Assembly (NCBI GenBank): GCA_038203955.1 | Contig: JBBRDK010000006.1 | Span: 946-64,945, forward strand | DNA from: Thermoanaerobaculia bacterium | Lineage (GTDB): Bacteria; Acidobacteriota; Thermoanaerobaculia; UBA5066; Gp7-AA6 | Direction of reading: 5' to 3' | DNA: 64,000 nucleotides | Part shown: positions 1-10,145 of the stretch, in pieces | How the letters are laid out: the number at the start of each line of letters is the position of its first letter | How positions within the stretch are numbered: the stretch's first letter is position 1 | Notes under the pieces: generated by a model | The model's input: the letters and a program-made list of their open reading frames with translations, nothing else | What the model was told of the DNA's origin: nothing | Databases searched by the model: none | Program-made: the position numbers and the translations under genes

Positions 1-3000
1 GCTCGCTTCCCACGAAGCCGCGGGCGCTTCGTATCCCGCGAGCTGCGCGATCACCTGGGCGACCCCCCGCGGGCCCTCCAGGCGGTGCGCGCCGTCGACG
101 TGCTGCCAGCAGCCGAGGAAACGGAGGAAGTGCGCGGCGGTCACCGGCTCGATCTCGCGGCGCAGGCGGTCGACGGTCGCGCGATGGATGCGCGCCAGGA
201 GCCTGCGGTCGCACCACGCCTCGCGTCCTTCGATCCGGGTCCGGAGCACGGAGCCCTCGACTTCGAGCTCGCGCAGCAGCGCCTCCTCTTCCGGCACGGC
301 GAAGATCGGCCCGAGCGCCTCGAGACGGCCGCGAAGGACGGTTTTGGGGTCCCGTACGGCTTCGACGGCGAAGATGCGGCAGCCCTCCCTGGTCACGCGT
401 CCCCCCGACTCGAGCTCGTCGATCCAGGGCTGCCACCCCGCGGCCTCCGTCTCCGTGACGTAACCCATCCAGAGAAGCGCCTCGTGGACCTCCTCGGCGC
501 TTTCCGGAAGAGGCCAGGCCTCGTCGCGGACGCGGGCGATCGCCTCCGGATCGAGCGCGCCGATCTCGTCCGAACTGCGGGCGTCGAGCACGCGGCGGGA
601 GAGCACCGCCTGGGTGCGGCGCTCCTCGAGAGGCGCGTCGTCGAGGAAGGTGTAGGGCTGCGACGAGAGGATGCCGCGCGCGAAGGCGGACGGCTCGACC
701 GTGTCCACCGCGCGTTTCTCGATCGAGCCGTCCTTCAGCCCGCGGAGGACCTCCAGAAAACCGTCCACGTCCATGGCTTCCGTCAGGCAGTCTTCGACCG
801 TCTGACGCACGATCGGATGCTCGACCGGCACCCGGATCGCCCCGCCCGGCAGCGTCTCCGGACAGGCCAGGACCTGGGGGAAGGCGCCCGCGAGCAGGTC
901 GTTGGCGCGCATCCGAAGAAGATTCGGGGGCACTCTCCGGCCGCCGCGGGAGCGCTCGAGAAGCAGCGACCGCTGAGCGTTCCAGCGCCATCGCGTCTCG
1001 AACATCGGCGCGGGGAGAATCGCCTGGACGAGCACCTCGCGAGCCGTGTCCGGATGGAGGTAATCGAAGACCTCTTCCAGCGGGAAGCTGTGTTGAGTGC
1101 CCAGCGAAAGCACGATCGCCTCTTCGTTGGCGGCGGCCTGGAGTTCGAACCCGAAACCCACGCAGAACTTCTTGCGGAGCGCGAGGCCCCACGCGCGGTT
1201 GATGCGCGATCCGAACGGGGCATGCACGACGAGCTGCATGCCGCCGCTCTCGTCGAAGAAGCGCTCCAGGATGACCCGCTTCTGGGTGGGAACCGCGCCG
1301 AGCGAGATCCGGCCCGCGTCGACGTACTCCGCCAGCTGCAGCGCCGCGCCTTCCGGCAAGGGGTCTCCACAGGCTTCGCGCAGCGCCTTCACGGAACCGC
1401 TTTCCAACCCCTCACAGCTTTCCCGCATCTCACCGATGGCGCGCGCCAGCTCGCGCGTCCGCCCGGGGCCCTCGCCGAGCCAGAACGGGAGGCTCGGAGG
1501 CTGGCCCTTCGCGTCCGCCACCCGCACGACGCCGGTCTCGACGCGCAGGATCCGCCACGAGGCATTGCCGAGCTGAAAGATGTCCCCGCCGTTCGATTCG
1601 ATCGCCCAATCCTCGTTCACGGTGCCAACCAGCGTTCCCTCGGGCTCCAGGCGCACCTGATAGTCCGCCGTGTCCGGAATGGCGCCTCCGGAAAGAAGCG
1701 CGGCCAGCCGCGCCCGCCGGGTCGCGAGGAGACGGCCTCCGACTCCGTCGCGATGGAGAAGCGCGCGCCGGCCGCCCGTATGCAGCGAGGCGACGTCGTC
1801 GAACTCGGCGCGCGTCAGCTCCCGGTAGGGCCAGGCCCGGCGCACGAGCTCGAAGAGCGCCGTCGCGTCCCACGGTTCGGCGACGCACGACGCGACGATC
1901 TGCTGCGCGAGGATGTCCAGAGGACGGGCGGGCTCCGGCGTGCGGTCGAGGATGGAAGCGCGGATGCACTGGAGGAGCGCCGCTCCCTCCGCGAGCTCGT
2001 CCAGGGTGAGGGGAAAGAGCCGGCCTTTCGGGACCTTCTTGAGCGCGTGGCCTGCGCGGCCGACTCGCTGGAGAAACGTGGCGATGGACCGCGTCGCGCC
2101 CACCTGGATTGCGAGGTCAACGTCGCCGATATCGATCCCGAGCTCCAGCGACGCGGTGGCGACGAGCGCACGGAGCCGGCCCGCCTTCAGCCGCTCTTCC
2201 GCGTCGAGCCGGCGTTCGCGGGAGAGGCTTCCGTGATGGCTCGTCACGGCGTCGTCTCCGAGCAGTCGCGTCAGCTGTCCGGCGATGCGCTCCGCCATCT
2301 TCCGCGTGTTGACGAAGACGAGGGTCGTCCGGTGCTCCCGAACGAGGACCGCGATCCTCTCGTAAATCTCCTGCCACTGCTCGTGCGAGCAGACCGTCGA
2401 GAGCGGAGAGGGCGGGATCTCGATCGCGAGATCGAGCGTCCTGAAGGTGCCGGCGTCGACCAGCGTGCAGTCCCGGCCGGCGCCGGCGCCCGTGAGGAAT
2501 CGCCCCACCCGCTCGAGCGGATTCTGAGTGGCCGAAAGGCCGATGCGCTGGACACGCGCCGTGGCGACCGCCTCCAGCCGCTCCAGAGAGAGAGCGAGGT
2601 GGCTTCCCCTCTTGTCGCGGACGAGCGCGTGGATCTCATCGATGATGACGGTCCGGACGGGGGCGATGAGCCGGCGGCCGCTGTCGCTGGTCAGAAGCAG
2701 GTAAAGGGACTCGGGCGTCGTGACGAGGATGTGGGGCGGCCGGCGCACCATCGCGGCCCGCTCGGACGCCGGGGTATCTCCCGTCCGGACGAGAACGCGC
2801 ACCTCCGGCACGGACGGGTCCATCGCGCGAATCTCGGCCAGCGGCCCGTCGAGGTTCTTGCGCACGTCGTTCGAGAGCGCCCGGAGGGGCGACACGTAGA
2901 GAACCGACGTCTCATCGGGAAGCGAGTCGCCCTGACGGATCAGCGAGTCGAGCGCCGACAGGAACGCCGCGAGTGTCTTTCCCGAGCCTGTGGGCGCCGC

Positions 3001-3123
3001 GATCAGGGTATGCGCGCCCGAACGGATCGCGGGCCAGCCATCACGTTGCGCCGGCGTCGGGTCGCCGAGTCGAGCGGAGAACCATGCCTCGACGGCGGGA
3101 TGGAAGGAGACCGGGAATGTCAA
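1..3123 (-). CDS. lhr: Lhr-family DEAD/DEAH-box ATP-dependent helicase (C-terminus lies beyond window start)
   Basis: Absent from the ORF track because it has no stop in the window. Reverse-complement translation near 2950-3100 reads PAVEAWFSARLGDPTPAQRDGWPAIRSGAHTLIAAPTGSGKTLAAFLSALDSL (Walker A). RTVIIDEIH (DExH box) lies near 2630-2660. The frame stays open to position 1 (..AQVIAQLAGYEAPAASWEAS). The only start after the upstream in-frame TAG is TTG at 3123..3121. The + ORF 85..3348 is its antisense shadow. Confidence 0.85.
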   Translation of the reverse strand, partial: MTFPVSFHPAVEAWFSARLGDPTPAQRDGWPAIRSGAHTLIAAPTGSGKTLAAFLSALDSLIRQGDSLPDETSVLYVSPLRALSNDVRKNLDGPLAEIRAMDPSVPEVRVLVRTGDTPASERAAMVRRPPHILVTTPESLYLLLTSDSGRRLIAPVRTVIIDEIHALVRDKRGSHLALSLERLEAVATARVQRIGLSATQNPLERVGRFLTGAGAGRDCTLVDAGTFRTLDLAIEIPPSPLSTVCSHEQWQEIYERIAVLVREHRTTLVFVNTRKMAERIAGQLTRLLGDDAVTSHHGSLSRERRLDAEERLKAGRLRALVATASLELGIDIGDVDLAIQVGATRSIATFLQRVGRAGHALKKVPKGRLFPLTLDELAEGAALLQCIRASILDRTPEPARPLDILAQQIVASCVAEPWDATALFELVRRAWPYRELTRAEFDDVASLHTGGRRALLHRDGVGGRLLATRRARLAALLSGGAIPDTADYQVRLEPEGTLVGTVNEDWAIESNGGDIFQLGNASWRILRVETGVVRVADAKGQPPSLPFWLGEGPGRTRELARAIGEMRESCEGLESGSVKALREACGDPLPEGAALQLAEYVDAGRISLGAVPTQKRVILERFFDESGGMQLVVHAPFGSRINRAWGLALRKKFCVGFGFELQAAANEEAIVLSLGTQHSFPLEEVFDYLHPDTAREVLVQAILPAPMFETRWRWNAQRSLLLERSRGGRRVPPNLLRMRANDLLAGAFPQVLACPETLPGGAIRVPVEHPIVRQTVEDCLTEAMDVDGFLEVLRGLKDGSIEKRAVDTVEPSAFARGILSSQPYTFLDDAPLEERRTQAVLSRRVLDARSSDEIGALDPEAIARVRDEAWPLPESAEEVHEALLWMGYVTETEAAGWQPWIDELESGGRVTREGCRIFAVEAVRDPKTVLRGRLEALGPIFAVPEEEALLRELEVEGSVLRTRIEGREAWCDRRLLARIHRATVDRLRREIEPVTAAHFLRFLGCWQHVDGAHRLEGPRGVAQVIAQLAGYEAPAASWEAS

Positions 3124-3296
3124 CGGACCGAGCTTAACGCACGAGCCGCGGATCCGTATTCCCCGGCAAAGCTTGACTCCCGCTCTGCGGGCGGCAAGAA
3201 TCCCGGCGCAGGTTTCCGGCTAAAAACTCGTCACGGCGAATCGGGGCTCGCGCGTCTCGCGCCCGACCGGCCGCCGGCAGAATCGAGAGAGAAAAG

Positions 3297-3830
3297 ATGG
3301 CGGAAGAGAAGCCTCAGAGTTGGTGGCAGACCGCCCCCGGTCTCCTGACCGCGGCCGCGGGCACCATCACCGCCCTGGCGGGTCTCGTCGCCACGCTCCA
3401 CAACGCGGGCTGCTTCCGAACCGCCAATTCCGACACCGTCCGGCCGGCGCCGCCCGGGGCGGCCGTCAGCCCGGCGGCCGCTCTCAACGTTCCGATCGCG
3501 CCCACGCCCGTTCGAGACGCTCCGGACGCCACGCCGAGCATCTTTCTGCGGTACACTGGGGACCCGTACGGCTGCGTCCTGAGCCTCCAGGTGCGCGTGG
3601 GCAAGACGATGGCGATCCCGACGTCGAACCTCTTCGAGGTCCACGGCATCAAGCCGGGAGCGACGAGCTACGTCGTCGGCGGCTCCATAGGCTGCACCAA
3701 TCTCGGAACGTGCATCGCCTCCGGGCAGGGAAGGGTCACGATCCGGGACGGCGGCATCTACGACATCATCTGGCGGCCGCTCGGGGGAACGCGCTGCGGC
3801 GTGGAGCTCAAAGAGGCGCCGACGCCGTAA
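3297..3830 (+). CDS. hypothetical protein with an N-terminal hydrophobic anchor
   Basis: ATG is preceded by a purine-rich gagagagaaaag. Third-position GC is high throughout. A hydrophobic segment APGLLTAAAGTITALAGLVATL is followed by a Cys-containing globular-looking part. I recognise no family. Confidence 0.6.
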   Translation: MAEEKPQSWWQTAPGLLTAAAGTITALAGLVATLHNAGCFRTANSDTVRPAPPGAAVSPAAALNVPIAPTPVRDAPDATPSIFLRYTGDPYGCVLSLQVRVGKTMAIPTSNLFEVHGIKPGATSYVVGGSIGCTNLGTCIASGQGRVTIRDGGIYDIIWRPLGGTRCGVELKEAPTP

Positions 3831-3857
3831 CGTTCGGGACGAGGCGACCCGAAAACG

Positions 3858-3886
3858 AAACGCCGGCGAAAATCTCGCCGGCGTTT
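3858..3886. terminator. bidirectional intrinsic-terminator hairpin between convergent genes
   Basis: Perfect 12-bp stem AAACGCCGGCGA / TCGCCGGCGTTT with a 5-nt loop AAATC. T-rich tracts follow on both strands (tttgcgtt on +, tcgttttc on -). Confidence 0.6.
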
Positions 3887-3903
3887 GCGTTGCGGGAGAC
3901 TTG

Positions 3904-4179
3904 TTACTTCGAGGTCGGCGTCGCGGGAGCGGCGGGAGCGACCGTCGTCGACTTCGTCTTGTGCTTCCGGGTGGTTTTCTTCTTCGTGGCGCTCGCCTTG
4001 CCCGTCGACATGCTCGACTTCGTCTGGGTGGTGGTCGTGGTGCCGGTCGTCGTCGCCGGTGCGGACTGAGTGGTAGTCGTGGTGGACTGGCTGCCCGTCG
4101 AAGAAGTCTGAGCGAAAGCACCCATCGGGAACGCCAGCGCCGCGGCAATGGCCACAGGGGACAGGACGGACTTTCTCAT
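3904..4179 (-). CDS. small secreted Thr/Ser/Lys-rich low-complexity protein
   Basis: GGAGGAG sits 6 nt upstream of the ATG. The signal peptide MRKSVLSPVAIAAALAFPMGAFA|QT is followed by a T/S-rich tract and a Lys-rich tail. Paralogue of 4360..4647. Confidence 0.6.
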   Translation of the reverse strand: MRKSVLSPVAIAAALAFPMGAFAQTSSTGSQSTTTTTQSAPATTTGTTTTTQTKSSMSTGKASATKKKTTRKHKTKSTTVAPAAPATPTSK

Positions 4180-4304
4180 CTGACTCCTCCTTCAAGCCCC
4201 GTGGCAAAACGCGACGGGGATGGGGCCGACTCTATGGGGCGCGACATGAACGGAGTGTGAACAACGCGGCGCCGGCAAACGCGGCCGCGGCGCCGGAGGC
4301 CCGG

Positions 4305-4339
4305 ACAAAAAAGGAGGCGTGCCGCCATCGGCACGCCTC
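4305..4339 (-). terminator. rho-independent terminator downstream of 4360..4647
   Basis: 11-bp stem GAGGCGTGCCG / CGGCACGCCTC (4314-4324 / 4329-4339) with a 4-nt loop. On the minus strand it is followed by CCTTTTTTG. Confidence 0.65.
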
Positions 4340-4359
4340 GAATTCCGCGGAGACGGGTC

Positions 4360-4647
4360 TTACTTGCTGTTCGATTTCGTCTCTTCGGTCTTCATCGTGC
4401 TCTTCTTCTTGGCGCCCTTCTTCGAGGACTTCTTGTGGGTCTTCTTGGTGGTCTTGGCGGTCGAGCCGTCGGCCATCGTCTTCTTATCGGTCGAGCTCAT
4501 CGAGCTGGACGAGGACGTCGACGTGGTCGCCGTCGGGGCGGCCATCGGCTTGTCGGCGGGCTTCGTGGCGGCCGTCTGGGCGAAGAGGCCGGTCGGGAGC
4601 GCCACCGCGACGCCGAGGGCGAGGATGCGGGCGATGTTCTTGTTCAT
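4360..4647 (-). CDS. small secreted Thr/Ser/Lys-rich low-complexity protein (paralogue of 3904..4179)
   Basis: AGGAGA lies upstream of the ATG. Signal peptide MNKNIARILALGVAVALPTGLFA|QT. It shares the SSMS(T)xK and KKTxKHK-like basic motifs with its neighbour. Confidence 0.6.
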   Translation of the reverse strand: MNKNIARILALGVAVALPTGLFAQTAATKPADKPMAAPTATTSTSSSSSMSSTDKKTMADGSTAKTTKKTHKKSSKKGAKKKSTMKTEETKSNSK

Positions 4648-4791
4648 TTCGAATCTCCTTTCGAGCGCGGCGCAAAAGGCGCCGGCCGTTCAGCAGAGAA
4701 GAGTCTAGGGAGAGGCGAGTGAACCCACCATGAACCTCCCACGGGGCGCAAAACGCCTCGATCGGTCGACGAAACAGGCGTCTCCGGCGGG

Positions 4792-6078
4792 TCAGGTCCG
4801 GCCGGCCAGAGCCATGATGAGCCCGGCGATCCCGCCCGCGAGAACGACCCACGCCGCCTCCAGCTCGAACACGAGCAGCACCGCCAGCGCGGCGGCCGCG
4901 AGCAGCAGGGAGAACAGATCGGGACCCGCGTGGAGGCCTCGAGGGAAGAGGACCGCGGCGGCGAAGATGACGGCCAGGTTGAGGATCACTCCGACGACGG
5001 CGGCGGTGATGCCCGACAGCGCGGCGCCCAGTCTCCGGTTCCCCCGGAGGTGCTCGATCCACGGCGCTCCCAGAAGGATGAAGAAGAAGCAGGGAAGGAA
5101 CGTCGCCCAGGTCGTGAGCAGGAACGCGAGGGCGCCGGAGGAGGCCGGCGACAGAGCGCCGGGAGATTGCCAGCCCGCCAGATACCCGACGAACGGCAGG
5201 ACCATGATGAGGGGCCCCGGCGTGGTCTCGGCGAGCGCAAGGCCGTCGACGGCCTGGGCCGGCGAGAGCCAGTGGAAGGTTCCGACCGCCGCCTGTACCA
5301 CGTACGTGAGAACCGCGTACGCCCCGCCGAAGGTGACGAAGGCCGCCCGGGAAAAAAAACGGTACGCGCGCGCGTGAGGCCCGCCCCATCCAAGGACCGC
5401 CGAAACGAAAAGAAGCGGGAATGCCCAGAGCGCGCAGAAGAGGAGAACGAGGCGGATGTTGCGGCGGCGCGCGGGGAGCTTCGTTCCGGCGCGCGCGGCT
5501 TCCCCAGGGGGAGCGGCTGGCGCCGCGGCCGCGGATTTCTCGAGCGCTCCGGCGGCGGCCGCCACCGCGATCACGAGAGGAAACGGCGCATGAAGGAACG
5601 TCAGCGCGAGAAACGCTCCCGCCGCAATCGCGGCATCCAGGGGCCGCTTCAGCGCTCGCCGCCCGATCCTCCAGACGGCCGCCGCGACGACCGCCACGAC
5701 GACCGGCTTCAATCCCGCGAGGGCGCCGGCGACCAGGGGCACATTGCCGTGCGCGGCATAGGCCCACGAAAGCCCGAGCAGGACGAGGACGGAGGGAAGC
5801 AGGAACAGCACGCCCGCGGCGACTCCGCCGGCGGCCCCGTGGAGGAGCCATCCGATGTAGATCGCGAGCTCCGTGGCCTCGGGACCCGGAAGGAGCATGC
5901 AGAAATTGAGCGCGTGCAGGAAACGCTCTTCCGAGATCCAGCGGCGCCGCACGACGAGGTCGCGGTGGAGCATCGCGATCTGGCCGGCGGGTCCGCCGAA
6001 GTTCACGCATCCGAGGACCGCCCAGTAACGCAGCGCGGCCGCGAAGGAAACCCTGGGGATGGGATCGGAATTCGACAT
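4792..6078 (-). CDS. chrA: chromate transporter (CHR family, fused two-domain form)
   Basis: N-terminus ..[57 protein letters not shown], and a second half ..[35 protein letters not shown]. Both are typical ChrA repeats. Polytopic membrane protein. Confidence 0.9.
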   Translation of the reverse strand: MSNSDPIPRVSFAAALRYWAVLGCVNFGGPAGQIAMLHRDLVVRRRWISEERFLHALNFCMLLPGPEATELAIYIGWLLHGAAGGVAAGVLFLLPSVLVLLGLSWAYAAHGNVPLVAGALAGLKPVVVAVVAAAVWRIGRRALKRPLDAAIAAGAFLALTFLHAPFPLVIAVAAAAGALEKSAAAAPAAPPGEAARAGTKLPARRRNIRLVLLFCALWAFPLLFVSAVLGWGGPHARAYRFFSRAAFVTFGGAYAVLTYVVQAAVGTFHWLSPAQAVDGLALAETTPGPLIMVLPFVGYLAGWQSPGALSPASSGALAFLLTTWATFLPCFFFILLGAPWIEHLRGNRRLGAALSGITAAVVGVILNLAVIFAAAVLFPRGLHAGPDLFSLLLAAAALAVLLVFELEAAWVVLAGGIAGLIMALAGRT

Positions 6079-6144
6079 GGACGGCTACGCGAGGGTCGGC
6101 TTCGCCGCGGACATTCGAGGAGATGATAGATCCGCGATTCCAGG

Positions 6145-8139
6145 GTGAGCGAGGAGGAGTCCGTGCACGACGGGAGAAATCGGCCGAGCAACCAGGGCGC
6201 CGTCTCGGGCGGCCGCCGTGGACGCCGGGGCGCCGCGGGGCTGCTGCTACTCTGCGCCGCGATGGCGTGCGCGAGCGCAACGGGTCCGCGCGGGACGTCG
6301 GGAGAGCGTGTGGCGCCGCCCCCGCCCGCTCCCGCGTCCGGACCTGATCCCCACTCGTACTCGGACCCGGACCGCGTCCGGGTCCGCCATGTCGCCCTGG
6401 AGATCGACGTGCGGTTTCCGAGCCGCAGCGTCGCCGGAACGGCCGTCCTGTCGCTCGATCGAAACGATGCGGGCGCCGGGGCGCTCCTGCTGGACACGCG
6501 GGATCTCAAGATCCTTTCGGCCGAGACGGCCCCGGGTCAGGGCTCGTTTTCGCCGGCGCCGTTCTCGCTCGGAGCTTCCGACGCGATCCTCGGCGCGCCT
6601 CTCCGGGTCGAGCTGCCCGGCGGAGCGACTCGCGCGCGGATCCGCTACAAGACGTCCCCGCGCGCCTCCGCGCTGCAGTGGCTCCTTCCGGAGCAGACCG
6701 CCGGAAAATCGCATCCCTATCTCTTCACGCAGTCGCAGGCGATCCACGCGAGGAGCTGGATCCCCCTCCAGGACAGCCCGGGAGTGCGGCAGACCTGGTC
6801 GGCCTCCGTCCGGGTCCCCGCGGGACTCACGGCGCTCATGAGCGGCGCCCGGCTGGAGAAGCGAAGCGACGGCGCCTTCCGCTTCGAGATGACATCGCCC
6901 GTGCCGTCCTACCTGATCGCCCTTGCCGCCGGCGATCTCGCCTTTGCGCCGCTTGGCCCGCGCGCGGGGGTCTGGTCGGAACCCTCGGTGGTGTCGAAAG
7001 CGGCGTGGGAGTTCGCGGACACCGAGGCGATGATCGAAGCGGCGGAAGCGCTCTTCGGTCCCTATCGGTGGGAACGCTACGAGCTGCTCGTGCTGCCGCC
7101 GAGCTTTCCCTACGGCGGGATGGAGAATCCGCGCCTGACGTTCGCCACGCCGACCCTGCTCGCGGGCGACCGCAGTCTCGTCGACGTGGTCGCGCACGAG
7201 CTCGCCCATTCCTGGTCGGGCAACCTCGTCACCAACGCGACGTGGAGCGACTTCTGGCTGAACGAGGGCTTCACGACGTATTGCGAGCGCCGGATCGTGG
7301 AGCGCGTGTTCGGGGCGAAGCGATCGGAGATGGAATGGGTGCTCGGCCGCCAGACTCTCGAGACCCTCTCGATTTCCCTGCCGCCGGGAGACCGGAAGCT
7401 CCGGCCCGACGTCGCGGGCAGAGACCCGGACGAGGTTCTCTCGGAGGTCGTGTACGAAAAAGGGGCGCTCCTTCTGCTGACGATCGAACGGACGGTCGGA
7501 CGCGAGCGCTTCGACCGGTTCCTCCGCGGGTGGTTCGACGGGCACGCGTTCCGGAGCGCGACGACGGCCGACTTCCTGTCCTACCTCGACGAGCGCCTGT
7601 TCGCCGGAAGGCGGCCTCCGGGCCTCGACCTGGAGGCCTGGATGACTTCGCCGTCGATTCCACCGGGAGCCGCGGTGGCTAGCTCGACGGCGTTTGCGGA
7701 CGTGGACGCTCTCCGGGTCGCCTGGCTCTCGGGCTCCCGCCCGGCAGAGACCCTGCCGGCGAAGACCTGGAGCACGCTCGAATGGCTCCGGTTCCTCCGC
7801 AATCTTCCGCGCGACCTGCCGCTCGCAAAGTCGTCCGAGCTCGACCGCGCGTTCCAGCTTTCAGAAGCGCTCAACTCGGAGATCGCGTTTCAGTGGCTGC
7901 TGCTCGCCGTCGAGACCGGGTATCCCGGGGCACAGGCCCGCCTCGAATCCTTCCTGACGTCGATGGGCCGCAGAAAGTACCTGAAGCCCCTGTACGAGGC
8001 CCTGGCGAAGACGCCGGCCGGGCGGGAGCGGGCGGTCTCCCTCTACCGGCGGGCGCGGCCCGGGTATCATCCGATCGCGGTCGAAACTGTCGATAGAATC
8101 CTCTCGTGGAAGCCGTCCGAGAAGGAGAGCGACCGGTGA
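6145..8139 (+). CDS. M1-family zinc metallopeptidase (aminopeptidase / leukotriene A4 hydrolase-like), probably exported
   Basis: HELAHSWSGNLVTNATWSDFWLNEG gives HExxH-x18-E. GGMENP is present upstream. N-terminal signal-like RRGRRGAAGLLLLCAAMACASA. GTG start at 6145; the exact start is uncertain. Confidence 0.9.
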   Translation: MSEEESVHDGRNRPSNQGAVSGGRRGRRGAAGLLLLCAAMACASATGPRGTSGERVAPPPPAPASGPDPHSYSDPDRVRVRHVALEIDVRFPSRSVAGTAVLSLDRNDAGAGALLLDTRDLKILSAETAPGQGSFSPAPFSLGASDAILGAPLRVELPGGATRARIRYKTSPRASALQWLLPEQTAGKSHPYLFTQSQAIHARSWIPLQDSPGVRQTWSASVRVPAGLTALMSGARLEKRSDGAFRFEMTSPVPSYLIALAAGDLAFAPLGPRAGVWSEPSVVSKAAWEFADTEAMIEAAEALFGPYRWERYELLVLPPSFPYGGMENPRLTFATPTLLAGDRSLVDVVAHELAHSWSGNLVTNATWSDFWLNEGFTTYCERRIVERVFGAKRSEMEWVLGRQTLETLSISLPPGDRKLRPDVAGRDPDEVLSEVVYEKGALLLLTIERTVGRERFDRFLRGWFDGHAFRSATTADFLSYLDERLFAGRRPPGLDLEAWMTSPSIPPGAAVASSTAFADVDALRVAWLSGSRPAETLPAKTWSTLEWLRFLRNLPRDLPLAKSSELDRAFQLSEALNSEIAFQWLLLAVETGYPGAQARLESFLTSMGRRKYLKPLYEALAKTPAGRERAVSLYRRARPGYHPIAVETVDRILSWKPSEKESDR

Positions 8140-10145
8140 CCCGGGTGGCGAGCGCCTGCCCGCTCGACTGTCCCGATGCCTGCAGTCTCGAGGTGCAGGT
8201 CGAGAACGGGACCGCCGTCGCTCTCGGCGGCACCCGCGTCAATCCCCTGACTGCGGGATACATCTGCGCGAAGGTCCGCCGGTTTCCCGAGCACGTCCAT
8301 GGGCCGGCGCGAGTCCGCGACCCCGGGATCCGCGTCGGAACCAAAGGGGAAGGCCGGTTCCGGCCGGCGAGCTGGGACGAGGCGCTCAACCTGATCGCGT
8401 CGAAGATGGCGGCGCTCTCCGCGAGCGGAGCGGGGGAGGCGATCCTTCCCGTCTCCTACGGCGGCTCTAACGGATATCTCTCTCAGGACACCACGGACGC
8501 GCGGCTCTTCTCGAGACTCGGCGCCTCGCGGCTGGCCCGGACGGTCTGCTCGGCGCCGTCGACCCGCGCCGCGGTCGGCCTTTACGGAAAGATGGCCGGC
8601 ATCGCGCTCGACGACTACGCGTACGCGAAGCTCGCCGTCGTCTGGGGCGCCAACCCGCAGGCGTCGGGGATCCACCTGCTTCCTCACCTCCAGGCGGCGC
8701 GCCGGGCGGGGGGCCGCCTGGTGGTCCTCGATCCCCGGCGCACGCGGCTCGCGGCCGAGGCCGACCTGCACCTGCCACTTCGGCCGGGGACGGACCTGCC
8801 GGTCGCGTTGGCCGTCCACCGCTGGCTCTTCGCGAACGGGGCGGCGGACAAGGCGTTCCTCGAAAAACACACTACGGGTTGGGAGGAGCTGCGGCGGCGC
8901 GCCGAGCCGTGGCCCATCGCGCGCGCGGCGGCGGTGGCCGGGATTCTGGAAGAGGACCTCGCCCGATTCGCCCGCTGGTACGCGGAATCCGCTCCCGCCG
9001 CGATCCGTTGCGGCTGGGGTCTCGAGCGAAACCGAAACGGCGGCTCCGCCACCGCGGCGATCCTCGCGCTCCCCGCGGTCGCTGGCAAATTCGGCGTGCG
9101 AGGCGGCGGGTACACCCTTTCGAACTCCGCCGTATGGGAGCTCGATTCCCTGCGGGCGGCGAGGACCGAGCCGTCCCCCGCGCGGGAAATCAACATGAAC
9201 CGGACGGGGGAAGCGCTTCTCGACCGGGAGCGGCCGGTTCGCGTTCTGTTCGTCTACAACTGCAACCCGCTCATGACCCTCCCGGAGCAGGAAAAAGTGC
9301 GCAAGGGGCTCGAGCGCGAAGACCTGTTCACGGTCGTCTTCGATCCGGTGATGACCGACACGGCTCTGTACGCGGACGTGGTCCTCCCGGCGACGACGTT
9401 TCTCGAGCGAACGGAGCTCTCGCGCGGGTACGGCGCCTACGTGCTCCAGGAGGCCGAGGCGGTCATCCCGCCGGTCGGACAATCGCGCGCGAACCACGAC
9501 GTGTTCGCGGAGCTCTGCCGCCGCACAGGAGTGGAGCGGCCGGGCGACGCGACGACGGCAGAGGACCTCACGAGGGAGATCCTCGCCGGGAACCCCTCCG
9601 CCGCTTCGTGGCGCGCGTCGTTCGACCGGCAAGATCCGGGCGCTCCTTCCTTCGGCCGCGCCCCGATCCAGTTCGTGGACGTTTTCCCTCGAACCGCCGA
9701 CCGCCGGGCGCACCTCTGTCCCCCGGAGCTCGACGCCGAGGCCGCTCCCTCGGGACTCTACGGTTATCGGGAGGACCCCGCGACGGAGGCGCACCCCCTG
9801 GCCCTCGTGTCGCCGGCGACGGACCAGACGATCAGCACGACGCTCGGGGAGCTGCGGCGCGAGATCGCCGTGATGGAGATGCATCCCGCCGATGCCGTGG
9901 CGCGCGGGATCTCGGACGGTGACCGCGTGTCCGCCCGGAATGCGTCGGGGCAGGTCTCCTGCGTCGTCCGCGTCGCTCCGACTCTGCGGCCCGGCGTCGT
10001 CTCCGTTCCCAAGGGTCTCTGGAGCCACAACACCTTCGGAGGCTCGACGGCCAACGCCGTCGCGCCCGATACGCTCGCCGACCTCGGTGGGGGAGCGTGC
10101 TTCAACGACGCCCGGGTCGAGGTCGAGAGACTCCCCGCCGGATGA
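8136..10145 (+). CDS. molybdopterin (bis-MGD) oxidoreductase family protein
   Basis: N-terminal Fe-S cysteine cluster ACPLDCPDACSL..YICAK, followed by molybdopterin-oxidoreductase-like sequence over the whole length. The start is re-set to the GTG at 8136, which overlaps the TGA of the peptidase gene (GTGA) and has AAGGAGAG 8 nt upstream. The track start 8106 is an alternative. Confidence 0.85.
   Translation: MTRVASACPLDCPDACSLEVQVENGTAVALGGTRVNPLTAGYICAKVRRFPEHVHGPARVRDPGIRVGTKGEGRFRPASWDEALNLIASKMAALSASGAGEAILPVSYGGSNGYLSQDTTDARLFSRLGASRLARTVCSAPSTRAAVGLYGKMAGIALDDYAYAKLAVVWGANPQASGIHLLPHLQAARRAGGRLVVLDPRRTRLAAEADLHLPLRPGTDLPVALAVHRWLFANGAADKAFLEKHTTGWEELRRRAEPWPIARAAAVAGILEEDLARFARWYAESAPAAIRCGWGLERNRNGGSATAAILALPAVAGKFGVRGGGYTLSNSAVWELDSLRAARTEPSPAREINMNRTGEALLDRERPVRVLFVYNCNPLMTLPEQEKVRKGLEREDLFTVVFDPVMTDTALYADVVLPATTFLERTELSRGYGAYVLQEAEAVIPPVGQSRANHDVFAELCRRTGVERPGDATTAEDLTREILAGNPSAASWRASFDRQDPGAPSFGRAPIQFVDVFPRTADRRAHLCPPELDAEAAPSGLYGYREDPATEAHPLALVSPATDQTISTTLGELRREIAVMEMHPADAVARGISDGDRVSARNASGQVSCVVRVAPTLRPGVVSVPKGLWSHNTFGGSTANAVAPDTLADLGGGACFNDARVEVERLPAG

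Noticed and set aside
85-3348. 1087-aa + strand ORF, the longest ORF at the left end
   Set aside because: Its product is Arg/Glu/Asp/Ala-rich with no recognisable motifs. The opposite strand encodes a clear Lhr helicase (APTGSGKT, DEIH) in the complementary frame. It is an antisense shadow ORF typical of high-GC DNA.
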